From Octopus vulgaris (taxonomy: Eukaryota), in NCBI GenBank assembly GCA_951406725.2, contig OX597822.1:35712001-35776000 (forward strand): a stretch of DNA of 64,000 bases. The letters run 5' to 3'. Positions 26,156 to 40,027 of this stretch are shown one piece after another. Numbering within the stretch: the first letter of the stretch is position 1; every line of letters begins with the position of its first letter. The notes beneath the pieces were generated by a model. It did not search any database. It was not told the DNA's origin and was given only the letters and a program-made list of their open reading frames with translations. Both the position numbers and the translations under genes were made by a program.

Positions 26156-27074
26156 ACAATGCAGAAACAGTTTACCTGAAGACGTCTTCCATAATTTGTC
26201 TAAGCAATGGCTGAAAACACATGCACTAAACAGCTATCAATTGGAAAATCGAAATGATAGCAAAACAACGTTTACATTTTAAATAAGCTCCTTTATGTAT
26301 TTTACATTTTCTTCCTAAAAAATTGATTTTTTTTGTTTTTCATTTTTTTTTTTGTTATATTTTTCTATTTATATATTTTGGAATTGAGAGTCGAAAATAC
26401 TGTCAACATTGTCAATATTGTCAATGGCTTTTATCAATTGTTATTTCAAACGCGATTTCAAACGTGTTTTAATAACCGAACAGATACTGCAATAGCATGG
26501 CAGATTGATTAGCAAATAAATGTGCCTGCAAAATTTTATGTCTTGAGATTGAATATGTTTTGTTTTTTTGGGGGTTTTTTTCAATAATAATAACTGAAAA
26601 TTGCAGATTCTTGCACGAATATCCTTTATAGCATCAAGAATTGATTTTAAGGGAAGATGATTACACGAAACACTGACATTTTTCTGTAATTTCTAATACA
26701 AGGGGCGACAAGATGGGGAGAAAACTGTTTTTTGAAGAGAGAAAAACACATCCACACGCAAAAAAAAAAATACCTGACCATCAAAAATATAATAGAATGA
26801 AGAGGTAATATCATACTAAGGGCTCCTTATCTCTTCTCATATTTCTCCGCCCACAAAGAAACCTTTTTTTCATTTTTTATTTAAATTTGCTTCGATATAC
26901 GGAACCATGTTTTGTGTCACAGTCAACAATACGTTTCTGAGATTCTACTCCGACAACATAATGAGATTAGGCAAAATTGGCAGTAATGATGCTATTCAGC
27001 GCTATACCTTTAATAATGCACTGGAATTAATAATTACAATAATGCTCCCACTCATTACATCTGTTTATTTTATA

Positions 27075-27392
27075 GACACAAGTATGGTTGTGTGGTAAAG
27101 AAGCTCGCTTTGCAACCATGAGGTTTCGCTTCAACTTTGCTGCGCGACACCTCGGCCTAATGTTTTCTACTTTATCCCTGGGCTGACCGATGCCTTGTAA
27201 GTGAACTTAGTAGACGAAAACTGCGTGGAAGTTCGTCATATATATGTCTGTGTGTGTGCGTGTACGTTTGTACGAGCTTTTGTGTTTGTGTTTGCATTTG
27301 TCACTCACCCCTTGACGATCGGTGTTGTAACTAAGCGATTCGGCAAAAGATATCAATAGAAAAAGTACCCAGTTTGGCAACAAGGGTCGATC
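27075..27392 (+). mobile_element. SINE family B, diverged
   Basis: Colinear similarity to 35119-35517. Confidence 0.75.
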
Positions 27393-27544
27393 TTCTTTTT
27401 TTTTTTTACTAAAGATAGATAGATAGATAGACAGACAGACAAATATATATATAGATAGATAGATAGATACATACATACATACATACATACATACATACAT
27501 ACATACATACATACATACATACATACATACATACATACATACAT

Positions 27545-29330
27545 AGTCAAGAATGAAACCACCGAGTTCACAGAAAAGTATAGGCCCCTTTCTTGCCTAA
27601 ACGTTATGTACCAACTGTAAACAAACTGCCTCAACCAATTCCTCCAGGATCATTATGGGGTGAACAGTATAGTGAGTGATGAGCAGGCCGCTGGAAATAA
27701 AACTGTATGTCTAAAATATCGCAGAAGTCTTACAGCAGTATGACTTGGTGGTAGGAAGGCATTTTACTCTATATTCCATTCATAGCTGTTGAAATGTCTA
27801 CATTTAGCAAAAGTGCCTGCTACCCTTAATTGCTGTCATTGAGAGGCTTGCAAAGACTTGGGCAGCAATTCTTACGCTCAGAACTGAGAACAACGATCGT
27901 CACCAATGTTATAAATATTTCAAGGAGAATATTTCAAGGGGTAAGTGTTTCTGTAATTTTGCTCATTTTGACATTAAATTCATTATTATTCCTGCTATAA
28001 AAACCAAATGAATCCATACTAGGATCTGCAACTGCTAGAGACATTAATGTACTCCATAATTTTAATTTTTTTTTTGTGTGTGAATGACCTCAAAATTTAT
28101 GCTAAAAATGTTAACAGCTGGAATTAATAGCATTTTCAGCTGACATAAAGTTGGAATTAGGCTTAAAGAAAAGTTCATATTTGATTGTTGAACGGAGAAA
28201 TTCAATTCCTCAGACCCAAAACCCGTGCATTAGTAGTCTCACTATCTCTCCTGTCTCACACAAAGAATGTTATAAGTGCCTAGGTATTGATGAAAACTTA
28301 TCATACGAAGACACTGTGAATAAAGATAGAGTAACTCGACAATATTATATCAGACTTAGAAAAATACGGCAGATATGATTTTCCTCTCACAAGATAGCAG
28401 CCCACAATGCATTTCCAGTACCAGTGTTCGTTCCAACATTTTGAATTCTTGACTGGTCCGGAGAAGAAATTCACTCCATAGACGTTTAAAACCCGCAAGA
28501 TACTGACATCAAATGGAAATCTCCACAGAAACAGTGATGCTGACTGGCTCTAAATAAGAAGAGATAAAGGAGGTAGAGACTTGAGATCAGTGCAGACAGC
28601 GTTCGAACGTCATATAGTCTCTCTCAAACAGCACTTGCTGCAACAACAATAAAAAATAAATGCATTAACTTAGTGCTGGAAAGTGAAGAAAACAATATAC
28701 ACGTCGCCAGCGATCACTTCAGGAAACACTGTGTTTTTAATGATCTATCGTACAGCCCCAAAACAGCCCGACAAATATACCTCAACGAAAAACTAGATGT
28801 AAAACGCTCAACATACCGAAAAAAATACCATGCATGGTTATGTTTCCCGAAGACTTGAAAAAGACAGTGATATCGACATGACTCGTGACTGCTACATCCC
28901 ATCACACTTTGAAAGCTATGCATTTGCAATCCAAGAACAGAAGATTGCTCCGAAATACCTAATAGACAAAAGAGACAGCAAAACCCTTGGAGCTCAAAGA
29001 TACAACCGAAAATGTAGATTGTATCATATTTCTGTGGAAGACATTCCACATGTGATTAGCAGCTGCCCAAAAATATCATCAAGGTACTACCTTCCAATGC
29101 GACATGACATTGATGCAAAAACAATATACAGTACCATTCGGAAAAAGACTGTCTTGAAATAAATATAGAGAATACTCCTGTTATTGAATACACACACAAA
29201 CAGCAACACAAGGAATACTGGTGGAACATTCCCATCAAAACATTTGTCCTGTTTATACATGACAGGCTGGTCATTGTTGTTTGGAACAGACAAGGAAAAG
29301 TATGTACTGTCAGGGAGGTCAGCTCCTATT
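27545..29330 (+). mobile_element. Decayed R4-clade non-LTR retrotransposon
   Basis: Fragmented frames with ELGLKK, YKCLGI, HGY, FESYAFAIQEQ and KCRLYHISVEDIPHVISSCP..MRHD (CCHC + RHD); many stops and frameshifts. Confidence 0.78.
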
Positions 29331-29420
29331 TCCAGCAATGTAGGTGTTATTCACACCCTTAGTCAAGTTTTGTTAACCACTATAATTGCCTTTACAGTAT
29401 AACGTTGCAAACAGCTGTTT

Positions 29421-29802
29421 GGATCTTTTTGGTTTGAACGGCAGTTTTTAACATAATTTCTAGGTAACTAAAAAATTTTAAACTTCGTATACTGGTAGAA
29501 TGTGTTTATAAAACATCTTTTTCTTTTGGCTTTATTGAGAAAATTCTATAGTTTGTAAGATATTTGTTGTTGTTTTCTTCAATTTCTGCAATTTCAACCA
29601 ATCACTGACGTCCATTGAGGTAAACAACATTCTGTGCCGTATGAATATGTCCCTCGTTTAAGAAACAGATTCCCCCCAACCCTAACAAACCCTAACCCTA
29701 AAATAGATTGAAATGCAATAGATCAATACTAGGGTCATAATTATGGGTGACAATTTCATATGACACCGCTAGAAAAAACTGCCCTTCAAACCGAAAAGAT
29801 CC
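29421..29802. mobile_element. Non-autonomous DNA transposon (Merlin-like) with 9-bp TSD
   Basis: About 29-bp TIR GGATCTTTT.GGTTTGAA.GGCAGTTTTT; exact TSD CAGCTGTTT at 29412-29420 and 29803-29811; internal CCCTAA repeats near 29675-29702. Confidence 0.85.
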
Positions 29803-29924
29803 CAGCTGTTTTTATTCATTTTTTTTATACACATTAGCGATCTGCGAATTCGTCCACAGATTTTTATGGTGAACATATATACACTCTGATAGCCGAGCTA
29901 GCCCGAAATCAACCGAATGAGGTG

Positions 29925-29975
29925 GCCTTACTGAAGATGGCAACGGAAATTGCTGAAACTGGCCGGTCAGTCTAT
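29925..29975 (+). ncRNA. Hammerhead-like motif with defective stem I
   Basis: CTGAAGA-TGGCAA(CGGAAA)TTGCT-GAAA-CTGGCCG-GTC; stem I flanks do not pair. Confidence 0.5.
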
Positions 29976-30152
29976 GGAATTCTCAGTTCGGTGTTCAGAG
30001 TGATTGCAGCCCCTACCAGAGTATATGCTATGTGCTTTGTAACAGCATTGGAACATTCTAGCTCATATTTCTAGCTATGTAGATGTTATGTTATTCACAC
30101 TCCGTTAAGTTTAGTTGACGGCTATATGTATATATGTGTGGTGGGGGGGTTG

Positions 30153-30186
<34 letters not shown>

Positions 30187-30389
30187 TGTATGTATGTATG
30201 TATGTATGTATGTATGTATGTATGTATGCATGTATGTATGCATGTATGTATGCATGTATGTATGTATGTATGTATGTATGTATGTATGTATGTACAGAGA
30301 GAGAAAGAAAGAGAAATAAATCGAAAGAAAAACGAACAGATATAGCATATACACGCGTGTGTGTGTGTGTCTGTCTGTGTTGTGTGTGT

Positions 30390-30419
<30 letters not shown>

Positions 30420-30427
<8 letters not shown>

Positions 30428-30598
30428 ATCAAACGACCAGCTACCGCACAGTTTCCGTCCAGCTAATTTAAGAGTCAAGTTACCGGTCAGCCCTAAGTAA
30501 CGGTTCATGGCACAATACTAAGGTACCGTGCAGTGGAACTGAACCCAAAATTATGTGGTTGGTTGCTAAGCTAGTTTTTTAACCAAACAGCCACGCCT
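30420..30598 (-). mobile_element. SINE family B, diverged 5' part
   Basis: cagtttccgtc..aaggtaccgtgcagtggaactgaaccc..aaccaaacagccacgcct. Confidence 0.65.
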
Positions 30599-31959
30599 TC
30601 GTCCTCTCGTCTAAGCTCGTTTGTCTCCATATTATATGGCACCAAGGATTTCAGTTCTACACCGAAAAACCATAATTATTAGATATTCATCACTGTGTAG
30701 CCTACATTTAGCAATTCTCTCACTCAGAGGCGTCTGTGTGGTCGTTCAAGAGGATCCTCCTTGTTTAAGGTAGTAGAAGGGAATTTAGCTGCTATTGCTA
30801 CAATGTTACTACATTCCAAAAAAAAGACGGAATGGTCAAGGCTGGAATGTCTTTAATTATAGTTTTGTTCGACCATAACTTATCACGGCAGTACCCGCGA
30901 CGGCCTAATCGGTAACTGAATGACCCCGCTTATACATTGCACCACCCATCCAATTATTTTACAGTCTTTATTCCTTTTTAATTGATTACGGAGTAGAATT
31001 TAAATTAAAGAGCCTGGATGACATTACTATTCAATATTGGTAATTTTAGAATTCTTACAAACGTTTGTAATCGATAAATGTTAGCGGCTAGAAGTGGTTT
31101 ATTCAATCTCACAAAACTCAGTTGATATTTTCATTTCTATTTTCTTTGATTTTATTTCTGCTTTACGCAGACTTCCTTACAGCTAGAATTATTTTACTGT
31201 TGAAAGTTTCTTCCTTTTATTAAATAAATTTGAATGACATGAAAATATATAAATGTATAATTACAGAGCGATTATTCAAAAGTTATTAACTTCAAAATGC
31301 TTTATCTAACGTTTACATTTCAAAAATGATTTAATAGCTTACGCCTACTAATCACTCTATGACAATTATCTGAGGTGATAGACAACGATGAAGAGATTGG
31401 TAGAATCGCTTAAAACGTTAATCTAAATTGGTTGCGGTATTTAGTTTACATCCATTTTCGCATTTTCCTTTGGTGTTCAAATCCCACTGGCATCGACTTA
31501 GTCTTTAGCCTCTCCTAAATCGATAAAATAGGGGCCACCTGACGTTGCTGCTCTTACTTTATGGGTAAAGTCATTCCGGCTGTGACCATCTTATCTTTCT
31601 AGGAGTATACAGGATTTTTTGGAAAAACGTGTCTTTCATATTTTAAAGATGGTGGTGGGTAATATAAGTAAGATTCGGCCATTTCTAGAAGGGGAACAAA
31701 AATAGACAATTTGCACACAAACCCTCTTTCAGGAGTGAATAAGGGTGATAATTCTAGTAAGATCAAATAAGTGGAATTGGGGGAAGAGAAAAACAATGCA
31801 GTTAAAAGTAAATTGGGTTTAATACCAACGACTGAAAGTAACAGGCATGTTTCTATATTTTGAAACCTCATCAGTGATACGTATTTTACTCAAGTGGCAC
31901 GCTTAAAATGATCAATATATACGCAAAGAATGGGAGATGTAATGCAGCTGATTATTAAT

Positions 31960-32419
<460 letters not shown>

Positions 32420-32420
<1 letters not shown>

Positions 32421-32850
32421 GTTTCAGATTTTAGCTCAAGACCAATTATTTCTGGGCAGTCGATTAGTCGATTCCAGGGCTCAATTGGTGCTTATTTTAT
32501 CGACCCTGAAAGGATGAAAGGCAAAGTTTGCCTCGGAGAAATTTGAACTCAGAATGTAAAGACAGACATGTCGCTAAGCTTTGGGTACGGCGTGCTAACG
32601 ATTCTGCCAGCTCACCGACTTAATAATAATAATAATGATTTCAAATTTTTGCCACAAAGGCAGCTTGGGGGAGAGGATTAAGTCGATTACATCGACCCCA
32701 GTGTTTCACTGGTACTTAATTTATCAACCCCGAAAGGATGGAAGACAAAGCCGACCTAAGCGGAATTTGAACGCAGAATGTAGCGACGGGCGAAATATCG
32801 CTAAGCATTCCCTCCAGCGTGCTAGCGATTCTGCCAGCTCACTGCCTTAA
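32420..32850 (-). mobile_element. Two adjacent SINE family C copies
   Basis: 32420-32620 and 32636-32850 each end in gattctgccagctcac. Confidence 0.82.
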
Positions 32851-33430
32851 CTGGAGAAGAAGAAGAAGAAGAAGAAGAAGAAGAAGAAGAAGAAGAAGAA
32901 GAAGAAGAAGAAGAAGAAGAAGAAGAAGAAGAAGAAGAAGGAGAAGGAGGAGAAGATGAGAAGAAGAAGGGGGAGAAGAAGAAGAAGATGGTGATGGTGG
33001 TGGTGGTGGTGGTGGTGGTGATAATGATGATGATATTGATAAATTCTTGCAAATTATTTTATTACAGTTATAAATTTTTGATAAAAATTTTCATTAATAT
33101 TTATGGGCGTCATCAATAGATTTTCCACGATGATATATTTAAGTTGCATTAGAAAATATTTATTAATATTATCATTTTGACAGCCACCGACTTCGATATT
33201 ATTAAATGAAATTCCGACAACGAGGTCTTTTGAGAGTAAAGTTTCAACATAAAAGGGATGTTATATGAAATTCTCAACATTTCAGCTAATCATGAGATCC
33301 CTTGTTCATATGATCGACAACTTTCAAAGAGAATTTCCTTTTTGGTTCCTGCCGTTAAGGCATTTCATAGGGCTTATTTTCATTCCCAAGCAACTTCATG
33401 TATCTTATCACTGAGTTGAATGATATATGC

Positions 33431-33733
<303 letters not shown>

Positions 33734-33736
33734 AAG

Positions 33737-34173
33737 AAAAGTGTGCAGTAAATAAACAAGCAAACATATACTAAATACACTGGCGAACAGAAAACACAGG
33801 TCACCAACTCCTCGTCAGTTATCGGCCAGAGGGTCAAACGCAATTTCGGCCATTATCGATAATATTGCTTCCACACTGGAGACACCGGCAAGAAACCAGT
33901 CGAGAATGGGTCTGAAACATACCAAAACAAAACGGACTCGAGACGAGACCGTTAGTGGACGGACGAGGGACAAAAACATACATAGAATAAAGGCTTCGTG
34001 TCAGACGAAGACAAGAATTAATGATAATATTAATACATATACAGCAAAAAAAAGTGACGTGAAGGAGCAATGAAATTTGTCCTAAAGAACTGATGAAGAA
34101 CTGATGACATTCTGTGTTTTCTGTACGCCCGTGTATTTAGTATTTGTTTGTTTGTTTATTTACTACACGTTTT
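33737..34173 (-). mobile_element. Non-coding element with about 86-bp inverted termini (Penelope-type foldback)
   Basis: 33737-33822 inverts imperfectly to 34088-34173; abuts (AGAT)n. Confidence 0.7.
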
Positions 34174-34300
34174 TTTTTATTATATATATACGTTTTTTTA
34201 ATTATATATATAGGTATGTCAAATGTTCCGGTCGTTGTCGTTTTATTTAATCCTGAAAATCTTATTTATGTAACGTACTCACGCCTTAATTTTATGTGTG

Positions 34301-34331
<31 letters not shown>

Positions 34332-34486
34332 ATTTACATAAGTATATTTATTGATATACATATATATATACACTCATGCAGAAATATGTATATATATATA
34401 TATATATATATATTACATAATATATATAAATATATATATAAATATTACATAATATATATAAATATATATATAAATACACATGTATA

Positions 34487-34855
34487 CACTTGCGTCAGAA
34501 ATTAATTAGCACTTCTCAAATTAGCACTTCTCAAATTAACCTACGAGCTGTTCAAAACGTCTTACGCGATGAGAAAACTTAGTATAGTGTGATTTCGGTC
34601 CTTGCGAGGCGCTACCTATATCTATTAAACAAAGGAAGATTTGTCTGCATCCGCACTCCAAGTTGTTGTTGCACTGCTATGTCAACATCATAAGGCTGTA
34701 GACTCTCAAACTGCTCTGCAAACAAAGTTACGTCATCGTTCTGCGCAACAGTGAACTCGCAACAAAGCAATAGTTCGAGATATGGCCACTAGGTGACAGC
34801 ACATACCTTGAGTGAAGAGCAAATCAAGGGTGCTAATTAATTTCTGACGGTAGTG
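34487..34855. mobile_element. Tc1/mariner-type MITE
   Basis: 26-bp TIR CACT..CGTCAGAAATTAATTAGCAC (2 mismatches) flanked by TA on both sides. Confidence 0.85.
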
Positions 34856-35004
34856 TATATACATATACATATATATGAACATAACTGTATATACATATAT
34901 GCATATCCATTTATATATACATATATATAAATACACATACATACATAATATATAACGTGCATTTATGTATATGGGTGTGTGTGAGTGAGTGCGCGCGCGT
35001 GCGT

Positions 35005-35517
35005 ATGTGGCTGTGTGGTAAGAAGCTAGCTTCTCAGCCACATGGTTCCGGCTTCAGTACCATTGCGTGGCACTTTGCGCAAGTGTCTTTTACTATAGCA
35101 AGTAAAAGATAAAAGATAGGCGCAGGAGTGGCTGTGTGGTAAGTAGCTTGCTTACCAACCGCGTATTTCCGAGTTCAGTCCCACTGCATGGTACCATAGG
35201 CAAGTGTCTTCTACTATAGCCTCGGGCCGACCAAAGCCTTGTGAGTGGATTTTGTAGACGGAAACTAAAAAGAAGCCCGTCGTATATATGTATATGTATA
35301 TATATGTGTGTATTTGTGTGTCTGTGTTTGTCCCCAACATCGCTTGACAACCGATGCTGGTGTGTTTACGTCCCCGTTACTTAGCGGTTCGGCAAAAGAG
35401 ACCGATAGAATAAGTACTAGGCTTACAAAGAATAAGTTCTGGGGTCGATTTCCTTGACTAAAGGTGGTGCTGCAGCATTGCCACAGTCACATGACTGAAA
35501 CAAGTAAAAGAGTAAAG
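35005..35517 (+). mobile_element. SINE family B: partial head (35005-35100) plus full copy (35119-35517)
   Basis: ggcgcaggagtggctgtgtggtaagtagcttgcttaccaacc head; full body and tail. Confidence 0.9.
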
Positions 35518-35533
35518 AGATAGATGTGTGTGT

Positions 35534-35574
<41 letters not shown>

Positions 35575-35632
35575 TGTGTGAGTATATACATGCATGTGTG
35601 TGCATGTGAGTGTATATATGTGTGTATATGTA

Positions 35633-36817
35633 TCAGGTTGTAACAAAAGTTCTGTCCGTTTTTCTAATTGAAATAAACATGAAATGTTGCCAAAAATAAA
35701 TTTATTTAATCATCAATATAACCACCATTCTTTTCAATGACATCTTCCCATCTTTCCCTAAGCTTTTTGATACACTTTTCATAAAATTCATTTCACCCTC
35801 TTCTCTTGGAGTAAGCGAAGTCCTGCAAAATGATTCAGTAAGTTTCTAAAAATATGGTAATCTGTTGGTGCAAGGTCAAGAGAATATGGTGGGTGAAGCA
35901 TAATTTCCCAGTCAAATTCTTCTAGGAGATTCTTGATCACTCTTGCAGTGTGAGGTCTGGCATTATCATGCTGCAGGATCACTCCCTTCCTGTTTACCAA
36001 CGAAGGCATTTCTTTCCTGCAAAACTGCTTTTCAACGTCTTAGCTGCTGGCAATAAACTTCAGCTGTTATTGTTTGATTGTCACTTAACAGCTCATAATA
36101 AAAAATTCCCTTCATGTCCCACCACACACTCAAAAGAATCTTTTTTTGTTCCAGACCGCTTCATGGCTGTTGGATAGGCCCTGAATTATGGCTGAGCCAC
36201 TGTCTTTTGCGTTTAACATTATTGTAGAGTATCCATTTCTTATCTCCAGTAATGGTTCTGTCTAAAAAAAGGTGTTTGAAGTTCACGAGAATGCAATAAG
36301 ACATAGCAGTCCACACGTTGTTTGCGATTGTTTTCTGACAGATCATATGGAACCCATCGTCTAGCCTTGGAGATTTTACCAAGCTTTATTATTTCACGAT
36401 AGATGGTCATATGGCTCACATTAAACTCCTTGTTCAGCTCCCTAGTTGTAATGGTTGAATTTTCATTAGCAGTAGCTTGCAATTCCTCTGAATTGAATCC
36501 TTTGGGGCTTCCTTCTCTTGCTTCATCTTTTAGACTGAGTCACTCTTTATGAAGTGTGAAAGCCATCTTCTGCACGTCCTTTCATTCACCACATCATTTT
36601 TAGCAATGTTTTTGAGTGATTTTGCTGCTGAACTTGCTGCATTCCCCTTCTACCGTATGTGCTCTTTACTTGGAGTGTACATTTGGGTCATCTGAAAGAA
36701 GAAATAATATTTTAGTGATTGAGATAGCTACTAATATCATTTAGAAACTAGATTGGTATGATCATGTGTTTTAATTATCCTTAAAAAAAAACGAACAGAA
36801 TTTTCGTTGCAACCTGA
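35633..36817 (-). mobile_element. Decayed full-length mariner transposon
   Basis: About 30-bp TIR TCAGGTTG.AAC.AAA.TTCTGT.CGTTTT with TA TSDs. Transposase fragments WVPYDL, TGDKKWILYNN, HDNARPH and HPPYSLDLAPTDY (DD34D) lie in shifted frames. Confidence 0.93.
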
Positions 36818-36919
36818 TATATATGTGCTTATATGTATGTTTGCGTCATTATTCATACATACATGCATACATACATATATACATACATACATACATACAT
36901 ACATACATACATACATACA

Positions 36920-36950
<31 letters not shown>

Positions 36951-37654
36951 GTATACGTTTACTTATACGCGCATACAGAAACATAATTTGTACATTGATG
37001 TTTGTGTGAATACATCGATGCACAAATACAAACCTATGCCATACTTATATGTATTTATGTGTGCATGAATGTATATATTAACAAACGCATGTATTCTGCA
37101 AAAAAAAAAAGAGATGTTAGCATCACAGATTAACAATGCCATGATATAAAATGGTTTCTAGAAGTCCTTGACACGGCATGCCAAAACTCAACAGCATCTA
37201 TGAACAAAAGCACAGTCTGCTATCAAATTTCTATTCCTAAAAAGAACCGTAATAGCGAAACTTGTGATACTAAAGTGTTCATTTATATCGGTTTTGCAAA
37301 ATAAAATAAATTTAAAAAGTAAAACATTATTGTTTATGGATGACATCAAAAAGATAAAGGCTTCAATTTAAGATTGAAAAGTCAAATGAAAAAAAATAAT
37401 CGAAAGAAAAAAAATGCTATTCTGATATTATAAGAAACCTAACGATAGAAATATCTCGGAGAGGAGCTGTCGCTACAGGTTTGATCCCCCTGAAGACTGA
37501 TAAATAAAGTTAAATAAACATAAGTATCTAACAAAAAAAAAATAATCGGGGAGCCGGGAGTGTGCGTGGGTTCAGAAACAGGTCGTCTGCACGAATAAGC
37601 TACAATTTGTGGGGTAATTCCGCTGCGTACCACACATTACAACTGTTGTTGTCG

Positions 37655-37777
37655 TGCTGCGCTGCTACTGCGGCTGCTGCTGCAGCTGCTACTGCGGCTG
37701 CTGCTACTACAGCTGCTGCTGCGGCTGCTGCTGCGGCTGCTGCTGCGGCTGCTGCTGCGGCTGCTGCTGCTACTACT
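37655..37777. repeat. (GCT/GCG/ACT)n trinucleotide repeat
   Basis: Direct tandem run. Confidence 0.9.
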
Positions 37778-38589
37778 GATTTTTTACCCACTTCGTATAC
37801 ATAAATAATTTCTTTAAAGCGTTGATAACACTTATTGTAGTTCAGTCCTTAATCAGCCTTGAGCTAGTAGACCTAAGAACAAAGGCGGGCGTTCTAGCTA
37901 AGATTAGATTGTCTTGTCATTTTGTAAATCTGTGACTGTGTGATTTGAAAGAGATTTTACTATCAGTTCCTGCAGGCCTAACGACCACGTTTTGCAAGGT
38001 CACTTGTCTTGTTAGCTCGTTGTTGATTTGCGTTTATTGTGTGACTACGTTCTTGAAACATTGACAGAATCTTGAAGAATGCCCTAAAGATACGTTTCTT
38101 TCACTGTTTGCCTTCTCGTAGCCGTTACTGTAGCAGTAGGACTCTATAGATTGATCGGATAATAAGAAAAATTATGGGTCTTTGTATCATAATAGAAGTT
38201 TGTGTCTTTACGTTGCTGTGTCAGTTAGAAGAATAACGTGGTTTCAGCCGGAAGTTATTGATAAGTGGAACAGTAGACAGCAGACAGTACATCGGCTGGA
38301 GCTTAACAGATTCATACTCAGAGAATATGTCGGCATTATGTGTATTTGCTAAATGAATAATTGGGTTTAATATATGCCTAGATATTCTAATATGAGATGA
38401 ATAGTTGATAATACCACCCTAGGTTTCCGGTGATTAATTTCGTCTTTGGAAACGAAAAATACAGGCTGAACTCCAGAATTAAGACACATTGGCAATCGGA
38501 GATCAAACGTAGTGTAGTGTAAGTACTAAAAACGTTCTGTTTTACAGTTCTATATTTAAGAGATGAGGAATTATGTAAGTGGATTTGGT

Positions 38590-39050
38590 ATTAGCCTCAA
38601 AGAATAATCTCTAATTCGAGCCTACTCTAAGCTACTAAGAATGCGTGTGGCAACTTGAAGATCCACCCACCTCACGCGATAGACTGGCGGTTGTACGGGC
38701 GCGAAAGCTACGTTGTTATCCTCATTCTGTAAACGCTGGCTTTTAACGGGTGGAGAGCTGAACCATCCTGGGGTACAGATGATTCGCAATCTAGACTAGG
38801 GTCTGAAAGTTTACCACACCATAGTGGGTTACACCATGGTTCCTCTGCTTTGTGGCAGAAATAGGAAGAAAGAGTGAGAGAAAGTTGTGGTGAAAGTGTA
38901 CAGCGAGATTCACGACCCCTACTCACCGGAGCATCATGGAGCTTAGGTGTTTTTGCTCAATAAACACTCACAATGCCCGGTCTAGGAATCGAAACCGCGT
39001 TCTTACGACCGCGAGTCCGCTGCCCTAACCACTGGGCCATTGTGCCTCCA
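38590..39050 (-). mobile_element. SINE family A (long-tail variant)
   Basis: Family A head plus a tail of about 270 bp shared with 56009-56456. Confidence 0.88.
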
Positions 39051-39484
39051 GTACTGCTGTTGTTGTTATTGTCGTCGTCATTGTTGTTGTTATTGCTTAT
39101 TCCTGTCAGCGGTGATCCAGTCGATGTTTGATCAAAGGCGTTCGAGCCGTGACCATCCCGTATTTTCTATTCAGACGCAGCATATCTAGAAGCATATTAT
39201 ATCTGTTCTTCCACTTTTTGTCATCATTTTAAGCTGGGTTTTTTTTCTATATCGGGGATGATTAGCTATTATTTTCAGCAGGTCGAACAGCGACTGCCTA
39301 GATCTATGCTTTCTCCTTAATTCCTGTTGCTGTTGTGTTAATTATCTTACAATAGCGTGTAAGACAACAAAAACATAAGTCCAGTTGTTCCAACCAACAT
39401 CAAAGTTCTTTAAAAAGAAGACACTAGTATGATTTCCCATTGTTTATAAACGACCATGGGGGAATATGTACTCAACACTCTACT

Positions 39485-40027
39485 AACGTGGCTCCGGAAT
39501 TATTTCGGCATGGAACCCTTTCATGATTTTCCAAATCTTGCGAAACCCATAAGTATATATTATGGCCAACCCATCCACCTCTGATTTTAGAAAGCTAGAT
39601 TATAAAGAAAGAATGGTTTTTAGAGACAGGATTTAATCATATAAAAATATTTTATATTCATATAAAAATATATTCATAGATATATTGGGTTGTCCGGAAA
39701 GTTCGTGCCGATTTTTAAAGGAAAGAAAAAGGTCAATAAATAATTACCATTACATTTTTAACCATTTTGTTGCACGATGCGTCTCCATCTTTCCTTTAAC
39801 TTGAAAATACCCTCTTTCCACAATTGAGGTGCCTGGAAGTGTAAGTCGAAAGGTAAGCTACTATAAATCGGCACGAACTTTCCGGACAACCCAATATAAT
39901 ATAAAATTATATAACTTACTATTGTGGATGTAAATATATAATAACTTTAATTAAACTTATCTCATGGAACCCCAGAATTTTTTACAGGGCCCTATGCTTC
40001 CTCAAAACCCATTTGGGGGAACAGTAC
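39485..40027. mobile_element. Old hAT/Charlie-like MITE hosting the mariner MITE
   Basis: Repeated ggaaccc/aaaccc subterminal motifs at both ends; termini are decayed. Confidence 0.35.
39685..39894. mobile_element. Young mariner-derived MITE (210 bp)
   Basis: Perfect 30-bp TIR TTGGGTTGTCCGGAAAGTTCGTGCCGATTT with TA TSDs. Confidence 0.93.

Noticed and set aside
31835-31880. Minus-strand CTGATGA..GAAAC-ATGCCT-GTT
   Set aside because: Stem II would use the GAAAC itself and stem I does not pair; at best a very decayed relic.
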